Virus record (IMG/VR): IMGVR_UViG_3300008448_000044
Span: 1 to 64,000 of that record
Source of the DNA: a virus
Lineage: Duplodnaviria > Caudoviricetes
Length of the DNA stretch: 64,000 nucleotides
Reading direction: 5' to 3' (one strand)
A model generated the notes under the pieces. It was given only the letters and a program-made list of their open reading frames with translations. It searched no databases and was not told the origin of the DNA. How positions within the stretch are numbered: the stretch's first letter is position 1; each line of letters begins with the position of its first letter. The position numbers and the translations under genes are program-made. This document shows, in pieces, positions 10,920 to 21,270 of this stretch.

Positions 10920-10952
10920 AAATCCCCTAAAATGTTTAGGGGATTTTTTTTT
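10920..10952 (+). terminator. intrinsic terminator after dnaK
   Basis: AAATCCCCTAAA-atg-TTTAGGGGATTT plus U-tract. Confidence 0.8.
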
Positions 10953-10981
10953 CATTAGGTTTTTTTTTGTATCTTTGTATT

Positions 10982-11503
10982 ATGAAGACGAAATTACCAT
11001 ATGAATCCACAGGAAAGGCTATCAAAGGATATGTTGACTCTTTGACTGCAAAAACAGAAACAAACGATTGTGTTGTAAGAGCTTTTGCGTCTTCATTTGA
11101 AGTTTCTTATGATTCTGCACATGAATTTGTTGCAAACAAATTTGGTAGAAAATCACGTAAAGGGACTTATTTTACTGCAAACAAAATGGCTCAATTGTCT
11201 GAAAAAATGAGTGAAATTAACGGTAAGAGAGTTTACCCTCTTGGTACAAAGACTACAAGTTTTGCATATCCTTTCTCATTGGCTTATGATGTTAAAGTGA
11301 AAGTTAGTGGTGTAGACAAACTTTACAAAATAGTGAAAAGACAAATGACTGTCGGGACATTTGCAAAGAAAAATCCAAAAGGAACATTCTTTGTTTTAGT
11401 AAGTAGACACGCCTTCACAATTAAAGATGGTGTTGTAATTGGTAATCCTGAAGACGCAATTAAAACTAAACGACCTATCAGAGCCGCGTTTGAAATTAAA
11501 TAA
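10982..11503 (+). CDS. hypothetical phage protein (possible Cys/His peptidase-like fold)
   Basis: NDCVVRA and VSRHAFTIKDG motifs. Confidence 0.55.
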   Translation: MKTKLPYESTGKAIKGYVDSLTAKTETNDCVVRAFASSFEVSYDSAHEFVANKFGRKSRKGTYFTANKMAQLSEKMSEINGKRVYPLGTKTTSFAYPFSLAYDVKVKVSGVDKLYKIVKRQMTVGTFAKKNPKGTFFVLVSRHAFTIKDGVVIGNPEDAIKTKRPIRAAFEIK

Positions 11504-11504
11504 A

Positions 11505-11639
11505 ATGGAGGAAAAACCAATAACATTTGAACAAAAACTTGAGGGATGGAAAAATCGTATGGCGTTTGCCAGGACTGTTGCTCGAATAATTGCGGTTATA
11601 ATACAGACAGTAATAACATATTTTTTAATAACAAAATGA
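11505..11639 (+). CDS. small membrane protein
   Basis: Short ORF coupled to both neighbours, C-terminal hydrophobic helix. Confidence 0.4.
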   Translation: MEEKPITFEQKLEGWKNRMAFARTVARIIAVIIQTVITYFLITK

Positions 11640-12229
11640 AAGTAATATTTTTAGACCACGATGGAGTAATTTGCCTTTCCAACAATTGGGGTGGACGAAC
11701 AAAAAAATGGTCAAAATACCGTAGTCAAAATCCCGACAGTAGTAAGGAAAAAAAAGAGGCTCCAGTATCTGTTCGTTTTGATGATTTTGATAAGAAAGCT
11801 ATTAAAGTACTCAATGAAATACTTGAAGAAACAGGTGCTGAAATTGTTGTGTCTTCAGATTGGAAACGTTTGTCAAATGTTGAGGAAATGGGTGAGTACT
11901 ATGAATCACAGGGAATTACTAAAAAACCTATAGCGTTTACACCAAATCTAAGTGAATGTACAAATTATGACAACGAAACTTTTCCTTGGTCTCGTCAGTG
12001 GGATTTAGAACAAACTCGTTCACTTGAGATTAAACAATATTTACAAGACCATCCTGAAATTACTCATTGGGTTGCAATTGATGACCTTAACATGGGTAAA
12101 ACAGGAAAATATTACAGTGTTAGTTTTGAACATGAATGGGGATTAGATAATTTTGTTCTAACACCTAAAGGTAATGAAGGGTTAAAACAATCAGGAATTA
12201 AAGGTAAAGTTTTGGAGTTTCTAAAATAA
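11636..12229 (+). CDS. HAD-superfamily hydrolase (Swiss-army-knife RNA-repair HAD type)
   Basis: VIFLDHDGV, IVVSSDW, WVAIDD motifs. Confidence 0.8.
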   Translation: MKVIFLDHDGVICLSNNWGGRTKKWSKYRSQNPDSSKEKKEAPVSVRFDDFDKKAIKVLNEILEETGAEIVVSSDWKRLSNVEEMGEYYESQGITKKPIAFTPNLSECTNYDNETFPWSRQWDLEQTRSLEIKQYLQDHPEITHWVAIDDLNMGKTGKYYSVSFEHEWGLDNFVLTPKGNEGLKQSGIKGKVLEFLK

Positions 12230-12257
12230 AAAACCCCTCATGAGAGGGGTTTTTAAA

Positions 12258-12527
12258 TTACTCAGTAACTTCATCACTTGGTGTGTCAGAACTACCGTGT
12301 TTTTTGTTGATGAACTTATCAACAGACCCGATTGCAAAAGAACCTAAAACTAAGATTAGAAACGAGTTGAAAATAAATTCATTAACTACTAATGGTTTAC
12401 CCATGAAACCCGTTGCAATATCTGCTGCCGCAAATAAACACATCATTAAAAACGCGATAAAACCAACAACTGATTTTTCGTTAATTGAATTGTTGTCACA
12501 GAACAACTGATTAAAAAATTTTTTCAT
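12258..12527 (-). CDS. two-TM membrane protein, holin-like
   Basis: Two hydrophobic helices in 89 aa with charged C-terminus. Confidence 0.5.
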   Translation of the reverse strand: MKKFFNQLFCDNNSINEKSVVGFIAFLMMCLFAAADIATGFMGKPLVVNEFIFNSFLILVLGSFAIGSVDKFINKKHGSSDTPSDEVTE

Positions 12528-12573
12528 AGTTTTTTTAATTATAAATATTTACTTTTTTGTGAAAAAAACTATA

Positions 12574-12705
12574 TTAACGACCTTGACCTCTATACGCTTT
12601 TGGTTTTTGTTCTTTAGGTCCGTATTTTTTTTTCAGTTTACCTACTGTTTTTTTACCAAAACTAATTTTAACTGAATTGGAATTTGATTTTGTTTTTGCT
12701 GCCAT
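12574..12705 (-). CDS. 43-aa basic protein ending YRGQGR (missed by ORF track)
   Basis: Manual translation MAAKTKSNSNSVKISFGKKTVGKLKKKYGPKEQKPKAYRGQGR*; TATTTAT motif upstream. Confidence 0.6.
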   Translation of the reverse strand: MAAKTKSNSNSVKISFGKKTVGKLKKKYGPKEQKPKAYRGQGR

Positions 12706-12766
12706 AGTTATTTATTTTTATGGATAAATATTTTGCTATTTACTTTTTTCATTGTATATTTGAAGT

Positions 12767-13333
12767 ATGAAAAATATTCTCACTCTTGCCGCCATGTTCA
12801 TTTTTGTTTTCGGGTTTTCCCAAACAAAAAACGACACTATTGATTTAAATAATGTGAATTACACATTACTTAATGATTTGATTTTTCAAAAACATAACGA
12901 GGAAAGAGCCAAAGTCGGAGCAAAAAGTCGTATTAAAGATGATATCTGTAAATTGTCATCTCAATATCAAGTAGACTACATGTCAACATACTCGGTAGTA
13001 TGTCATGATAATGACAAAAGCTTTAGAGGAGTAATTCTTTCAGGCCCTAGAGACAGATTTAATTATTTTTCCAAAGGGAATAAATTGAATCAGACATATC
13101 ATGGTGAAATTTGTTATAACTTTTTCTGCGGTAAGAGTCATAAGATTACTTATGAAGATTTAGCTCAACAAACTATTAACGCATTTCTATCATCCTTACC
13201 ACATAAAGTGGTTATGTTAAGTCATATTACAGTCCCTGGTAAACAATACGGATTCTTCTCAACTACCTCAACACAAAAAAGTGGTTATTTTAACTTCTTT
13301 GTTACAGGTTTTTTTACTTACTATTTAGAATAA
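12767..13333 (+). CDS. secreted CAP/SCP-like domain protein
   Basis: Signal peptide; HNEER, HD, GEI and SLPHK motifs. Confidence 0.6.
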   Translation: MKNILTLAAMFIFVFGFSQTKNDTIDLNNVNYTLLNDLIFQKHNEERAKVGAKSRIKDDICKLSSQYQVDYMSTYSVVCHDNDKSFRGVILSGPRDRFNYFSKGNKLNQTYHGEICYNFFCGKSHKITYEDLAQQTINAFLSSLPHKVVMLSHITVPGKQYGFFSTTSTQKSGYFNFFVTGFFTYYLE

Positions 13334-13357
13334 AAAAAGGGGTATTAACCCCTTTTT

Positions 13358-14569
13358 TTATAATTCACTAAACGCGAATTTTAATGTTCTAACAAAATCG
13401 TAATTTTCGTCTCCACCTATTATCACAGGTCTACCTACTGTTACATATCTTGTGGTTGATTCTGACCTATTATCATAATCAGTACTTATTTCACTAGGGT
13501 CTATATACACTATTTTACCAAAAGAAATATTATCAACAAATAACTCCCCATTTCTAATTTCACCTCTTACAGTACTTTTTTGGTTTAAACCCTCAACAGT
13601 CCATAACGGTAAAAAACCACCTTCTTTTATGTTTAATAGTTTGTTTTCATCGGAAACTTTTCTTGCGATTGCTGCTACTTGTCCTCCAGCTCTGTTAATC
13701 ATTTTAACAGGTATTTTTTTAGACCCAAACTGAGTTAAATCTATAAAAGAATTTGATTCTGGCGTTGCAGTTGAGTTACTCGATGAACCTGTAGTTGTTT
13801 GGCCTACTTTTTCTTTTCTACTTAATTGAGTGTAGTCAGGTTCAACAGTAACCTTTTTAAATTCAAACCCTCGTTTATCTTGTTGACCAAAATAATTTAT
13901 CCCTTTAATATATTGTATTTTTGAACTAATATCAACTCCAGTCTCTTTTTTAATTCTGTCAATTATCATATTACCAAGTACTTTCGCTCTATTATCTGCA
14001 AGGTATTGGTTTCTTTCTAAATCACTTTTCAAACCGCCATAAGGAGAGTTATCACCCACTAATGAATGGTCTAATGACGAATAACCTTTTGGTACATCTA
14101 AAGTAGGTCTGGCGGCATCTGCAGTACCTTGTATTTTAATTGATTTAATGTTGTTAATCCCTCCCGCATTTATAAAATCTCTCAAACTCATTACGAAATT
14201 TTCATAAACTTTTTGAGCTTCAGGAAAAGATTCAAATTTAGGACCTATCATATTATCAGGATAAGGGAAAGCGTTTTTGGATAAGTCTAATTTTTGAAGG
14301 GTAACATCTCCAGGTTTTTCAAATGTTTCCACCTTTTTTTCACTAGTAATTCTTGGAGCTTGTGATATTGAAGTTAGAGTATACTTTTTACCTTCATACC
14401 CGACATTAATCGCGTATTTACCATAAGGATTGGTTAAGTCCATATCTCCTTTAGATTTACCCCTCCAATTTGGAGAATCGTACTCTTGTTCGCTAATGAC
14501 AACGCCTCTTTGATACCCAAACAAGTGTTTCATTTTATATAACTCTTCATTTAATATTCTAGAATTCAT
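13358..14569 (-). CDS. protein with OmpA-C-like peptidoglycan-binding segment
   Basis: IQGTAD...RNQYLADNRA resembles the OmpA_C GhtD...NxxLsxxRA signature. Confidence 0.5.
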   Translation of the reverse strand: MNSRILNEELYKMKHLFGYQRGVVISEQEYDSPNWRGKSKGDMDLTNPYGKYAINVGYEGKKYTLTSISQAPRITSEKKVETFEKPGDVTLQKLDLSKNAFPYPDNMIGPKFESFPEAQKVYENFVMSLRDFINAGGINNIKSIKIQGTADAARPTLDVPKGYSSLDHSLVGDNSPYGGLKSDLERNQYLADNRAKVLGNMIIDRIKKETGVDISSKIQYIKGINYFGQQDKRGFEFKKVTVEPDYTQLSRKEKVGQTTTGSSSNSTATPESNSFIDLTQFGSKKIPVKMINRAGGQVAAIARKVSDENKLLNIKEGGFLPLWTVEGLNQKSTVRGEIRNGELFVDNISFGKIVYIDPSEISTDYDNRSESTTRYVTVGRPVIIGGDENYDFVRTLKFAFSEL

Positions 14570-14685
14570 ATTTTTTTTGTTTACTATAAATATATTAATA
14601 ACAATAAAAAAAGGGAATGGTAGCGAACCTTCCCTTTTATTTGTTACCATAACGATAACGGTCCTAAAAGTCCCTATTAAAGGGA

Positions 14686-15189
14686 TTATTTTTCTTTAAC
14701 TAAAGTTAAACATCTTTTTAAATATTCTTTTGCTCTTGGAGTCGGGTCAGAATGTCTTAAAACCTTCTCAATGTCCTTAACTAATTCTTCACCATGTTCG
14801 TTCTCTTTGTATAACTCAATAACTTTATCCATTGCTTTTACACAACCACCATCAGTTTCGTCAAAATAGTTTTTATTTCTATATTTGTTTAAATGATTCA
14901 TTAGGTTGTATGCCAAATGTTCTCCACCATCCTTTACATTATGTAATCTCAAAGTTCGTAACATATCTAAAGTATCAACCATACCGTTGATACCTCCTTC
15001 TCTTTTGTATAGGTTACTTGTGTAATTTTTAAAGTTATCTGAAGGACCTACAATTTCGTCCAAAGGAGTTACGTTTTCAGGAACACATCTTTGTTTTTCC
15101 TCTTTTTTTGGTTCTATACTAGTTTGTTCTAGTAAATGCTCTCTAATAATTTTTCTTAATTTAGATTCGCTTATATAAGTTTTACCCAT
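14686..15189 (-). CDS. hypothetical protein (probable virion-internal)
   Basis: N-terminus ISESKLRKIIREHLLEQ. Confidence 0.6.
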   Translation of the reverse strand: MGKTYISESKLRKIIREHLLEQTSIEPKKEEKQRCVPENVTPLDEIVGPSDNFKNYTSNLYKREGGINGMVDTLDMLRTLRLHNVKDGGEHLAYNLMNHLNKYRNKNYFDETDGGCVKAMDKVIELYKENEHGEELVKDIEKVLRHSDPTPRAKEYLKRCLTLVKEK

Positions 15190-15311
15190 TTTAATATTCT
15201 TTCTTTATAAATATATTAATAAGGAAGAATTATTTGGAAATAATAATATTTATTATTGGACACTAAAATTAACAGGTGAACCCATAAAAATTAAATAGTT
15301 GTACATGGAAG

Positions 15312-15530
15312 ATGAGTGTAGTTATTCGAACATGGAGAAAGATTTTCTTAGAAAATTTATCCGTAAAATTTCTCATGTTGGCAATGTTCTTCAATCCGTT
15401 TGGATTCGATGCCGTACAATACTATCTCTATACTCTAACAGGGAGTTTATGGTACGCAAATTTAATTTTATATTGTATCTCGGGACTATTTTTTGGACTG
15501 TATTTTTATTTTCGAAAATTATCTAAATAA
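15312..15530 (+). CDS. small membrane protein
   Basis: Two hydrophobic segments. Confidence 0.5.
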   Translation: MSVVIRTWRKIFLENLSVKFLMLAMFFNPFGFDAVQYYLYTLTGSLWYANLILYCISGLFFGLYFYFRKLSK

Positions 15531-15533
15531 GAT

Positions 15534-15719
15534 TTATTCTTCGTCTCTATTAAACATATAGTGAGCCCAAAAATCAAAAATTAAAAAATAAATCCACCAA
15601 GTTAGTTTTTCTAAAGGGTAATTTAATGGGTCGATAACATTCATGTAAAGTAGATACCCGACTTTACAGAATACAAAAATTTTTATTATTCCAAAGACTA
15701 AATTTAAAAATGTTTTCAT
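15534..15719 (-). CDS. small membrane protein
   Basis: Overlaps stop of upstream kinase gene; two hydrophobic segments. Confidence 0.45.
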   Translation of the reverse strand: MKTFLNLVFGIIKIFVFCKVGYLLYMNVIDPLNYPLEKLTWWIYFLIFDFWAHYMFNRDEE

Positions 15720-16111
15720 AGTTTAATTTCAAATCTATTTTTCATTAATTCAATTTTTTCTTCAGGAACTCCATGAACATTTTTACCCCCATGTCTATTT
15801 TCAACAATAACTGTAAACACTACGTACCCAAATTGTTTAGCTAATTCTAAATAAGGGTTCATTTCCCACTCTTGAGTAAAAGTGTTTGATACCGCAATTT
15901 TTGGTATGCTTGACGACATTGCCGATTTTACATCATCTTGACATTCAGCATGAGCATTTTTTATTTCTGAAGGTATAAAATTGTAATTACCTTCATTATC
16001 AATAAAGTATTGGTCGGCTTCAAATACATTTGAAGTTAATTGTCTTGCGAATGTGGACTTACCCGAACCAGGTACTCCTCGAACTATGTAGAGTATTTTT
16101 TCCATATTCAC
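15716..16111 (-). CDS. P-loop polynucleotide kinase-like protein (AAA_33)
   Basis: IVRGVPGSGKST, EADQYF, VSNTF, NVHGVP. Confidence 0.85.
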   Translation of the reverse strand: MNMEKILYIVRGVPGSGKSTFARQLTSNVFEADQYFIDNEGNYNFIPSEIKNAHAECQDDVKSAMSSSIPKIAVSNTFTQEWEMNPYLELAKQFGYVVFTVIVENRHGGKNVHGVPEEKIELMKNRFEIKL

Positions 16112-16147
16112 AAATATAAGAATATTTATTATAAAAACACAATTTAT

Positions 16148-16771
16148 ATGGACAAAATAGACCTTATCATACAGAAAGTTCTGAAGGAAGAAACTAATCC
16201 ACCAATGTCATTAGTTAAAAACATAAAAGTTTCTAATGAAATGAAATACCATTTAGATAATAAACTAAGTCTTAGTGAGAATGTTTTCAGGATTTATTCT
16301 GAAAGTTATTTTAGTCTAATTAATGAAGCTAGAGAATTATATAATAAAAATTTGTTAAGATTAAATGACGAGGACACATGGTTAGTTGAGTCTGATTTAG
16401 GTAAAAAAGTTCTTTTAGAGAACGGTGAAGAGGTTTATTTAGATGCTCCGATATATGAAGATGATTTGTGGGAGATAATTACTGAGGCAAAACATAGAGG
16501 TAAAAATGTCAAATTAAACAGTCCATTCAGAACACCTGGAGGACCTAAAAAATTCGCAGTATATGTTAAAACACCTAAAGGTACAATTAAAAAAGTAACT
16601 TTTGGAGACCCTAACTTAAGAATCAAAAACGCAAGTAAAGGTAGGGCGAAATCATTTAGAGCTCGTCATAAATGTGACCAAAAGAAAGATAGAACTACCG
16701 CAGGATATTGGAGTTGTAATGTGTCAAGATATAGAAAAAAATTAGGATTAAAGTCATCAAGAAGTTGGTAA
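16148..16771 (+). CDS. conserved large-phage protein with basic Cys/His C-terminal domain
   Basis: KKFAVYVK, KKVTFGDP, FRARHKC, AGYWSC motifs. Confidence 0.7.
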   Translation: MDKIDLIIQKVLKEETNPPMSLVKNIKVSNEMKYHLDNKLSLSENVFRIYSESYFSLINEARELYNKNLLRLNDEDTWLVESDLGKKVLLENGEEVYLDAPIYEDDLWEIITEAKHRGKNVKLNSPFRTPGGPKKFAVYVKTPKGTIKKVTFGDPNLRIKNASKGRAKSFRARHKCDQKKDRTTAGYWSCNVSRYRKKLGLKSSRSW

Positions 16772-16772
16772 T

Positions 16773-17042
16773 ATGGAAACCTTACCGTTTAAGGAAAAAG
16801 TAAAACAAAATTTTAAGATTAGAACGTTTTCAAAAGATGTTAATGAATCTGAATTAAAGTGGCATACTGATGACCAAGATAGAGTTGTTATACCACTTAA
16901 TGAAACTGATTGGCAATTACAAATGGATAACCAATTACCTATACAATTAATTAAAGGTAAAAAGTATTATATACCTGAAGGAGAATATCACAGAGTGATT
17001 AAAGGGAATGGTGATTTAAACGTTAAAGTTATCTTCAAATAA
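16773..17042 (+). CDS. small cupin-like protein
   Basis: WHTD...IPEGEYHRV. Confidence 0.65.
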   Translation: METLPFKEKVKQNFKIRTFSKDVNESELKWHTDDQDRVVIPLNETDWQLQMDNQLPIQLIKGKKYYIPEGEYHRVIKGNGDLNVKVIFK

Positions 17043-17148
17043 GAATCTGTAAAATTTGAGATATTCTAATACCAATATTATAGGTATTATAATAACCTTT
17101 AAGTAAATAAAACTCAAATTTTTCTTTGCTCACAAAGATAAATACAAA

Positions 17149-18183
17149 TTACTTATGAAAACGGCTCAAGGCATTTTGAGTTATGAAAACAAATTCAGAG
17201 CCTTTGAACTCATCCAAATTTTTTGAGTTGGTATATGACATTGCGGATTTTAAGTAATCTTTAAAATTATCCGTCCACCCCTTCAAAGTATATTCAACTT
17301 TATTGTACTTAACAATACCTTCTGAAGTGGTTAATTTAGATTTACCCCATTTAATCTGTACTTCTTTAGTACTCATACCTCTAAACTTTTTATAGAAAAA
17401 TTTTCTAAGAAAAGGAATTTTATTCCAAAATATTTCCGCGTCATTATCATTTAATGGGAATAGTTTAAATAGTTTAGTTTGTGAACAAGATTCTAAAGTT
17501 TTATTTAGAACTCCTCCTAACATAACATAGTCTGCACCTAAAGCGATTGCTTTAATAATGTCATCATAATTTTTAAAACCTCCATCCGCAACTATTTTGG
17601 TTTTGAAGTCATTAGATTTTTTTATTAAATAACATTCATTTATTAATGATGCCATTGGGTAATGAACTCCAGTGTTTGCAGAAGTTAAACACCCGCTACC
17701 ACCACCAATACCCACTCTAATATAATCAACACCTAATTCCGCAAATTTACGGTAAGTATTAGGGTTAGCAATATTACCAACCATTATTTTTTGGTTTTCA
17801 GAATTTCTTTTGTTAATAAATTTTTTAGTTAAATTAAATAGTTTTTCCATATGACCATTAGCAATGTCCACTAAGATTTTTACAGGTTCTTTTTGGATTT
17901 CACTGTCATCAAACCACTCAACCATTTTTTCAAAATCGTCCAAAGATATCGACATAAAAAAGTCATCATTTTCAGGGTTAATACCTCTTGGCATACAAAC
18001 ATTTAAACCCTCTTCTGAAAATACGTCACAATTATATTCGTCAATTACTGTATCCATAGGAGAAACCATAATAGGTAACTTCCCATTTTCATCAAAAATG
18101 TCAATAACACTTCTTGTTTCAATTGAACTTATTGTTTCAGGAACAATAGTTATATCTTTAAAATCAAACTTTTGATTCTTCAT
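17149..18183 (-). CDS. IMP dehydrogenase / GMP reductase family protein
   Basis: SPMDTV, DIANGH, RVGIGGGSGCLT, IVADGG, FRGMST, SAMSY; no CBS domains. Confidence 0.9.
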   Translation of the reverse strand: MKNQKFDFKDITIVPETISSIETRSVIDIFDENGKLPIMVSPMDTVIDEYNCDVFSEEGLNVCMPRGINPENDDFFMSISLDDFEKMVEWFDDSEIQKEPVKILVDIANGHMEKLFNLTKKFINKRNSENQKIMVGNIANPNTYRKFAELGVDYIRVGIGGGSGCLTSANTGVHYPMASLINECYLIKKSNDFKTKIVADGGFKNYDDIIKAIALGADYVMLGGVLNKTLESCSQTKLFKLFPLNDNDAEIFWNKIPFLRKFFYKKFRGMSTKEVQIKWGKSKLTTSEGIVKYNKVEYTLKGWTDNFKDYLKSAMSYTNSKNLDEFKGSEFVFITQNALSRFHK

Positions 18184-18586
18184 TTTCTTTGTTTTCTAAA
18201 AATTTTATAATTCTTCTTCTACCTTTTTCTCCTATTGGAATTGGATTTCCTTCTTCATCTATATGAACAAACTTAATATTTGTTTTGAGAACTAATATTT
18301 GTTTACCTGTGTAAACATTATGAGCTCTTGCTTCCATATAGATTGAAATTGATGTGTTACCAACGTCTGTCGGCTGACCATAAATCTTAAGAAGTTGACT
18401 TTCTTTTGCGGGTTTTTCAAAATTACACTTATCAATTGATACTGTAACCATTCTAGGTGTGTCACATAATTGCATGGCGTATCCCGCGGCAGACGCATCA
18501 ATCCATGCCAGTAGTTTACCTCCGAATAAATTACCGTGAAACCCTAAATCTGATTTTTTTATTGGATGAGTATTTAATAGTTCCAT
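18164..18586 (-). CDS. acyl-CoA thioesterase (hotdog fold)
   Basis: HGNLFGGKLLAWID, VTVSID, VGNTS motifs. Confidence 0.9.
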   Translation of the reverse strand: MELLNTHPIKKSDLGFHGNLFGGKLLAWIDASAAGYAMQLCDTPRMVTVSIDKCNFEKPAKESQLLKIYGQPTDVGNTSISIYMEARAHNVYTGKQILVLKTNIKFVHIDEEGNPIPIGEKGRRRIIKFLENKENEESKV

Positions 18587-18638
18587 GTTTGAAATATAAT
18601 TAAAAACAAATTTAAAGACAATAGGAGTATTTATAGAT

Positions 18639-19610
18639 ATGCTCACAGAAAAAGAAATTAATAGATTAAATGGTTTTTTAGAGAATAAAACTTTTACATA
18701 CAATCGAGGAATATATCACTACGATTTACCTGGAGAAGTTGATTTTGATTATAAGTTCAAAATTTTAGGTTACAAAAAAATGATTAGTGTTGGTGAATAT
18801 TATGACTACATAAAAATATCCGTTAAATTGATGAATTTTAGAGACGACCTGAGTAGAATAATCTTTTTAAGAAGAGGTTTAAATGGGGATTTTTTGAATA
18901 AATTCTTTAAGGAAAACATGTATTATTTTAGACATACTTTAACTGAAGAAATTATCTCAATACTAAGTATGTTTGATAATGATATTAGAGTTTCAATTGA
19001 AACAATAGAAATTGAGGGTAATAATAAAGAAAGTTTACAAGAACAAAAAATGACAAGACAACCTATAAGAGAAGTTGTTAAAGACATTGTTAATATTATC
19101 AAATCAAATGAAGAGGGTGACTTTTACTTACCTGATAACGATGAAGGGACTGGTTATTCTTTTGGAAGACTGCCATTTGAGTTTACGGTTGAGTTAGACA
19201 TATCTCATGATAATACTTTAAAAGGGTACTTAATTAATGCGGAATACTCAGCATCTGATGAAGTTATTGAAATGAAAATCATATACAATCCATCTGATTT
19301 GTTAAAAAATATGTATAATATTGTAGGAGAACTTAATGAGATTTTAGCACATGAATTAGAACATGGATTACAAAACTATAGAGGTGAAATGGAAAAAACT
19401 AAAAAAGCACCTACAGACCCATTAAAATATTACACCCAACCACACGAAATTTCCGCTCAAATTGCGGGTTTCAAAAGATTATCAAGAATAAGAAAACAAC
19501 CTATTGAAAAAGTAATACGTGATTGGTTTGAGTCTCACCAAGACATACATCAATTAAATGATAGAAACAAAAATACAGTTATTAAAAAACTGTTAAATTA
19601 TATTAGGTGA
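18639..19610 (+). CDS. hypothetical protein with HExxH motif
   Basis: LAHELEHGLQ...YYTQPHEISA. Confidence 0.65.
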   Translation: MLTEKEINRLNGFLENKTFTYNRGIYHYDLPGEVDFDYKFKILGYKKMISVGEYYDYIKISVKLMNFRDDLSRIIFLRRGLNGDFLNKFFKENMYYFRHTLTEEIISILSMFDNDIRVSIETIEIEGNNKESLQEQKMTRQPIREVVKDIVNIIKSNEEGDFYLPDNDEGTGYSFGRLPFEFTVELDISHDNTLKGYLINAEYSASDEVIEMKIIYNPSDLLKNMYNIVGELNEILAHELEHGLQNYRGEMEKTKKAPTDPLKYYTQPHEISAQIAGFKRLSRIRKQPIEKVIRDWFESHQDIHQLNDRNKNTVIKKLLNYIR

Positions 19611-19614
19611 TTTT

Positions 19615-20247
19615 TTATTTAGACCTGAATCGTCTAACAATTTTAGAAATAAGTTCTTTCATAATAACACCTGAAACCGCAACCAAACCAAACGAGCTCA
19701 ATCTTATAACAATTTCAGATATTTCTTTTTCGGTGACACTACCACTCATTGACATATTGTAAACTAATGGTAATAGAGGTATTATAAAAGTGTAACTCAT
19801 CATATTGGTCACTTTGTGTAGAGTAATACCCAAACTATCTATAAAAGTTAAAAATGAATCTCTAAGTTCGTCACATTTTTTAATAACAGTTAAAAACTGA
19901 GTAAAAATTCCTTCTTCAGTTAATTTTTTATACAGTTTATCCATTAAGGTCTTGTTATCAAAATAATAAGTGGCGATAACACCTGTTAATAGTAAACTAA
20001 GTTGAACATCATTTAATTCAGGGTATTTACCTTGGACAAAATCATTTATAGGTCCTACCATACCCCCGATACTAGCACCCCAAGTTATTAAAAATTTTAA
20101 ATCTGTATTTAATTGTTTTGAAGATGTTGATAATATTTTTTTAACTAATTGATAATTTTTTTTAATAACATTATCCATCTCGTTACCAGAGGTTTCAAGC
20201 AACAGTCTTTGTTTCTGAGATTCATTTATTAAAATTGTTATACTCAT
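19615..20247 (-). CDS. hypothetical membrane protein
   Basis: Several hydrophobic segments; N-terminus INESQKQRLLLE. Confidence 0.6.
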   Translation of the reverse strand: MSITILINESQKQRLLLETSGNEMDNVIKKNYQLVKKILSTSSKQLNTDLKFLITWGASIGGMVGPINDFVQGKYPELNDVQLSLLLTGVIATYYFDNKTLMDKLYKKLTEEGIFTQFLTVIKKCDELRDSFLTFIDSLGITLHKVTNMMSYTFIIPLLPLVYNMSMSGSVTEKEISEIVIRLSSFGLVAVSGVIMKELISKIVRRFRSK

Positions 20248-20297
20248 ACACTAATAAATACTTTATTTATATTTATTATTAAATATCAAAGAAAAAA

Positions 20298-20927
20298 ATG
20301 ATTAACCCTGAATTAGAAATAGGTCAAGAAGTTATTTTACTTCACATGGAAGATGAGACAAGTATCCCTCCAGGAACAAAAGGAAAAGTTGTTGCAAAAA
20401 GCGTTGTTTTTGGTGACGCTCAATACACAGTTAAATGGGAAAATGGAAGTCAATTGGCGATTATAAGCTCTTGCGATTTATGGGATACTCCTGAAAATAT
20501 GGCAAAAAGAAAAAAACGTGTTCAAGAAATCGAGATAAAAAAGAAATCGATTACCGAGGTTGATGAATTTGAGAGAAGTAAAAAATTAATAAAAAATATT
20601 GATGTTTTTAACCACTTCAACATGAGATTTTTAAATCAATATTTGAAAATGGTTAGGGAGAGTGGTATTGTTAATATGTTTGGAGCATCTCCATACCTTT
20701 ATTTGGGTAAAGATAGAATTGAACATGAATTTAAGTATAAAGATATTCACAATGAAGAGGCTTTTGAACAAGTATTAGAAAATGCGAACCAAGCTCAAGC
20801 AGAAATGATTGATGGGGTTATTAATGTATTAAATTCTGAAGGAAAAGAAGAATCTTTGGAAAATATAAATCGATATATTCAAAGATACGCACAAAAAGTC
20901 CTATTGAATTATATGCACTTATTTTAA
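20298..20927 (+). CDS. hypothetical protein (DUF4314-like N-terminus)
   Basis: LLHMED..IPPGTKGKV..VKWENGS; C-terminal VRESGIVNMF. Confidence 0.6.
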   Translation: MINPELEIGQEVILLHMEDETSIPPGTKGKVVAKSVVFGDAQYTVKWENGSQLAIISSCDLWDTPENMAKRKKRVQEIEIKKKSITEVDEFERSKKLIKNIDVFNHFNMRFLNQYLKMVRESGIVNMFGASPYLYLGKDRIEHEFKYKDIHNEEAFEQVLENANQAQAEMIDGVINVLNSEGKEESLENINRYIQRYAQKVLLNYMHLF

Positions 20928-21209
20928 CTCGAACTCCCAAACATCCGATTCTTTAATTGGGGAGATTTCCAAGTCAAGGAAAACAGCATTTTGTTCTGAG
21001 GCGTAAAGTCCTAAAATATTATAATCGTAAAACTCCTCAGCCTCACCCATTGTCATTAGGTCGCGTTCACAAAGAATCGAGAGTATTTTAGGTTTTGAGT
21101 ATAAAACTCTTCTACCGTTACCAAATTCCTCAACAATTCCAATGATAGCTTCTTCTAACCCGTCTAAAAGAACTGCCCCTTCGGCATATTCGTGTATATC
21201 AACTTTCAT
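20919..21209 (-). CDS. conserved phage hypothetical protein
   Basis: LDGLEEAIIG...EAEEFYDYNILG. Confidence 0.65.
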   Translation of the reverse strand: MKVDIHEYAEGAVLLDGLEEAIIGIVEEFGNGRRVLYSKPKILSILCERDLMTMGEAEEFYDYNILGLYASEQNAVFLDLEISPIKESDVWEFELK

Positions 21210-21270
21210 ATTTGAAATGTAATAAAATTATTCTTACCAATCAACATATTTATATTTAAAACAAAGTTAT

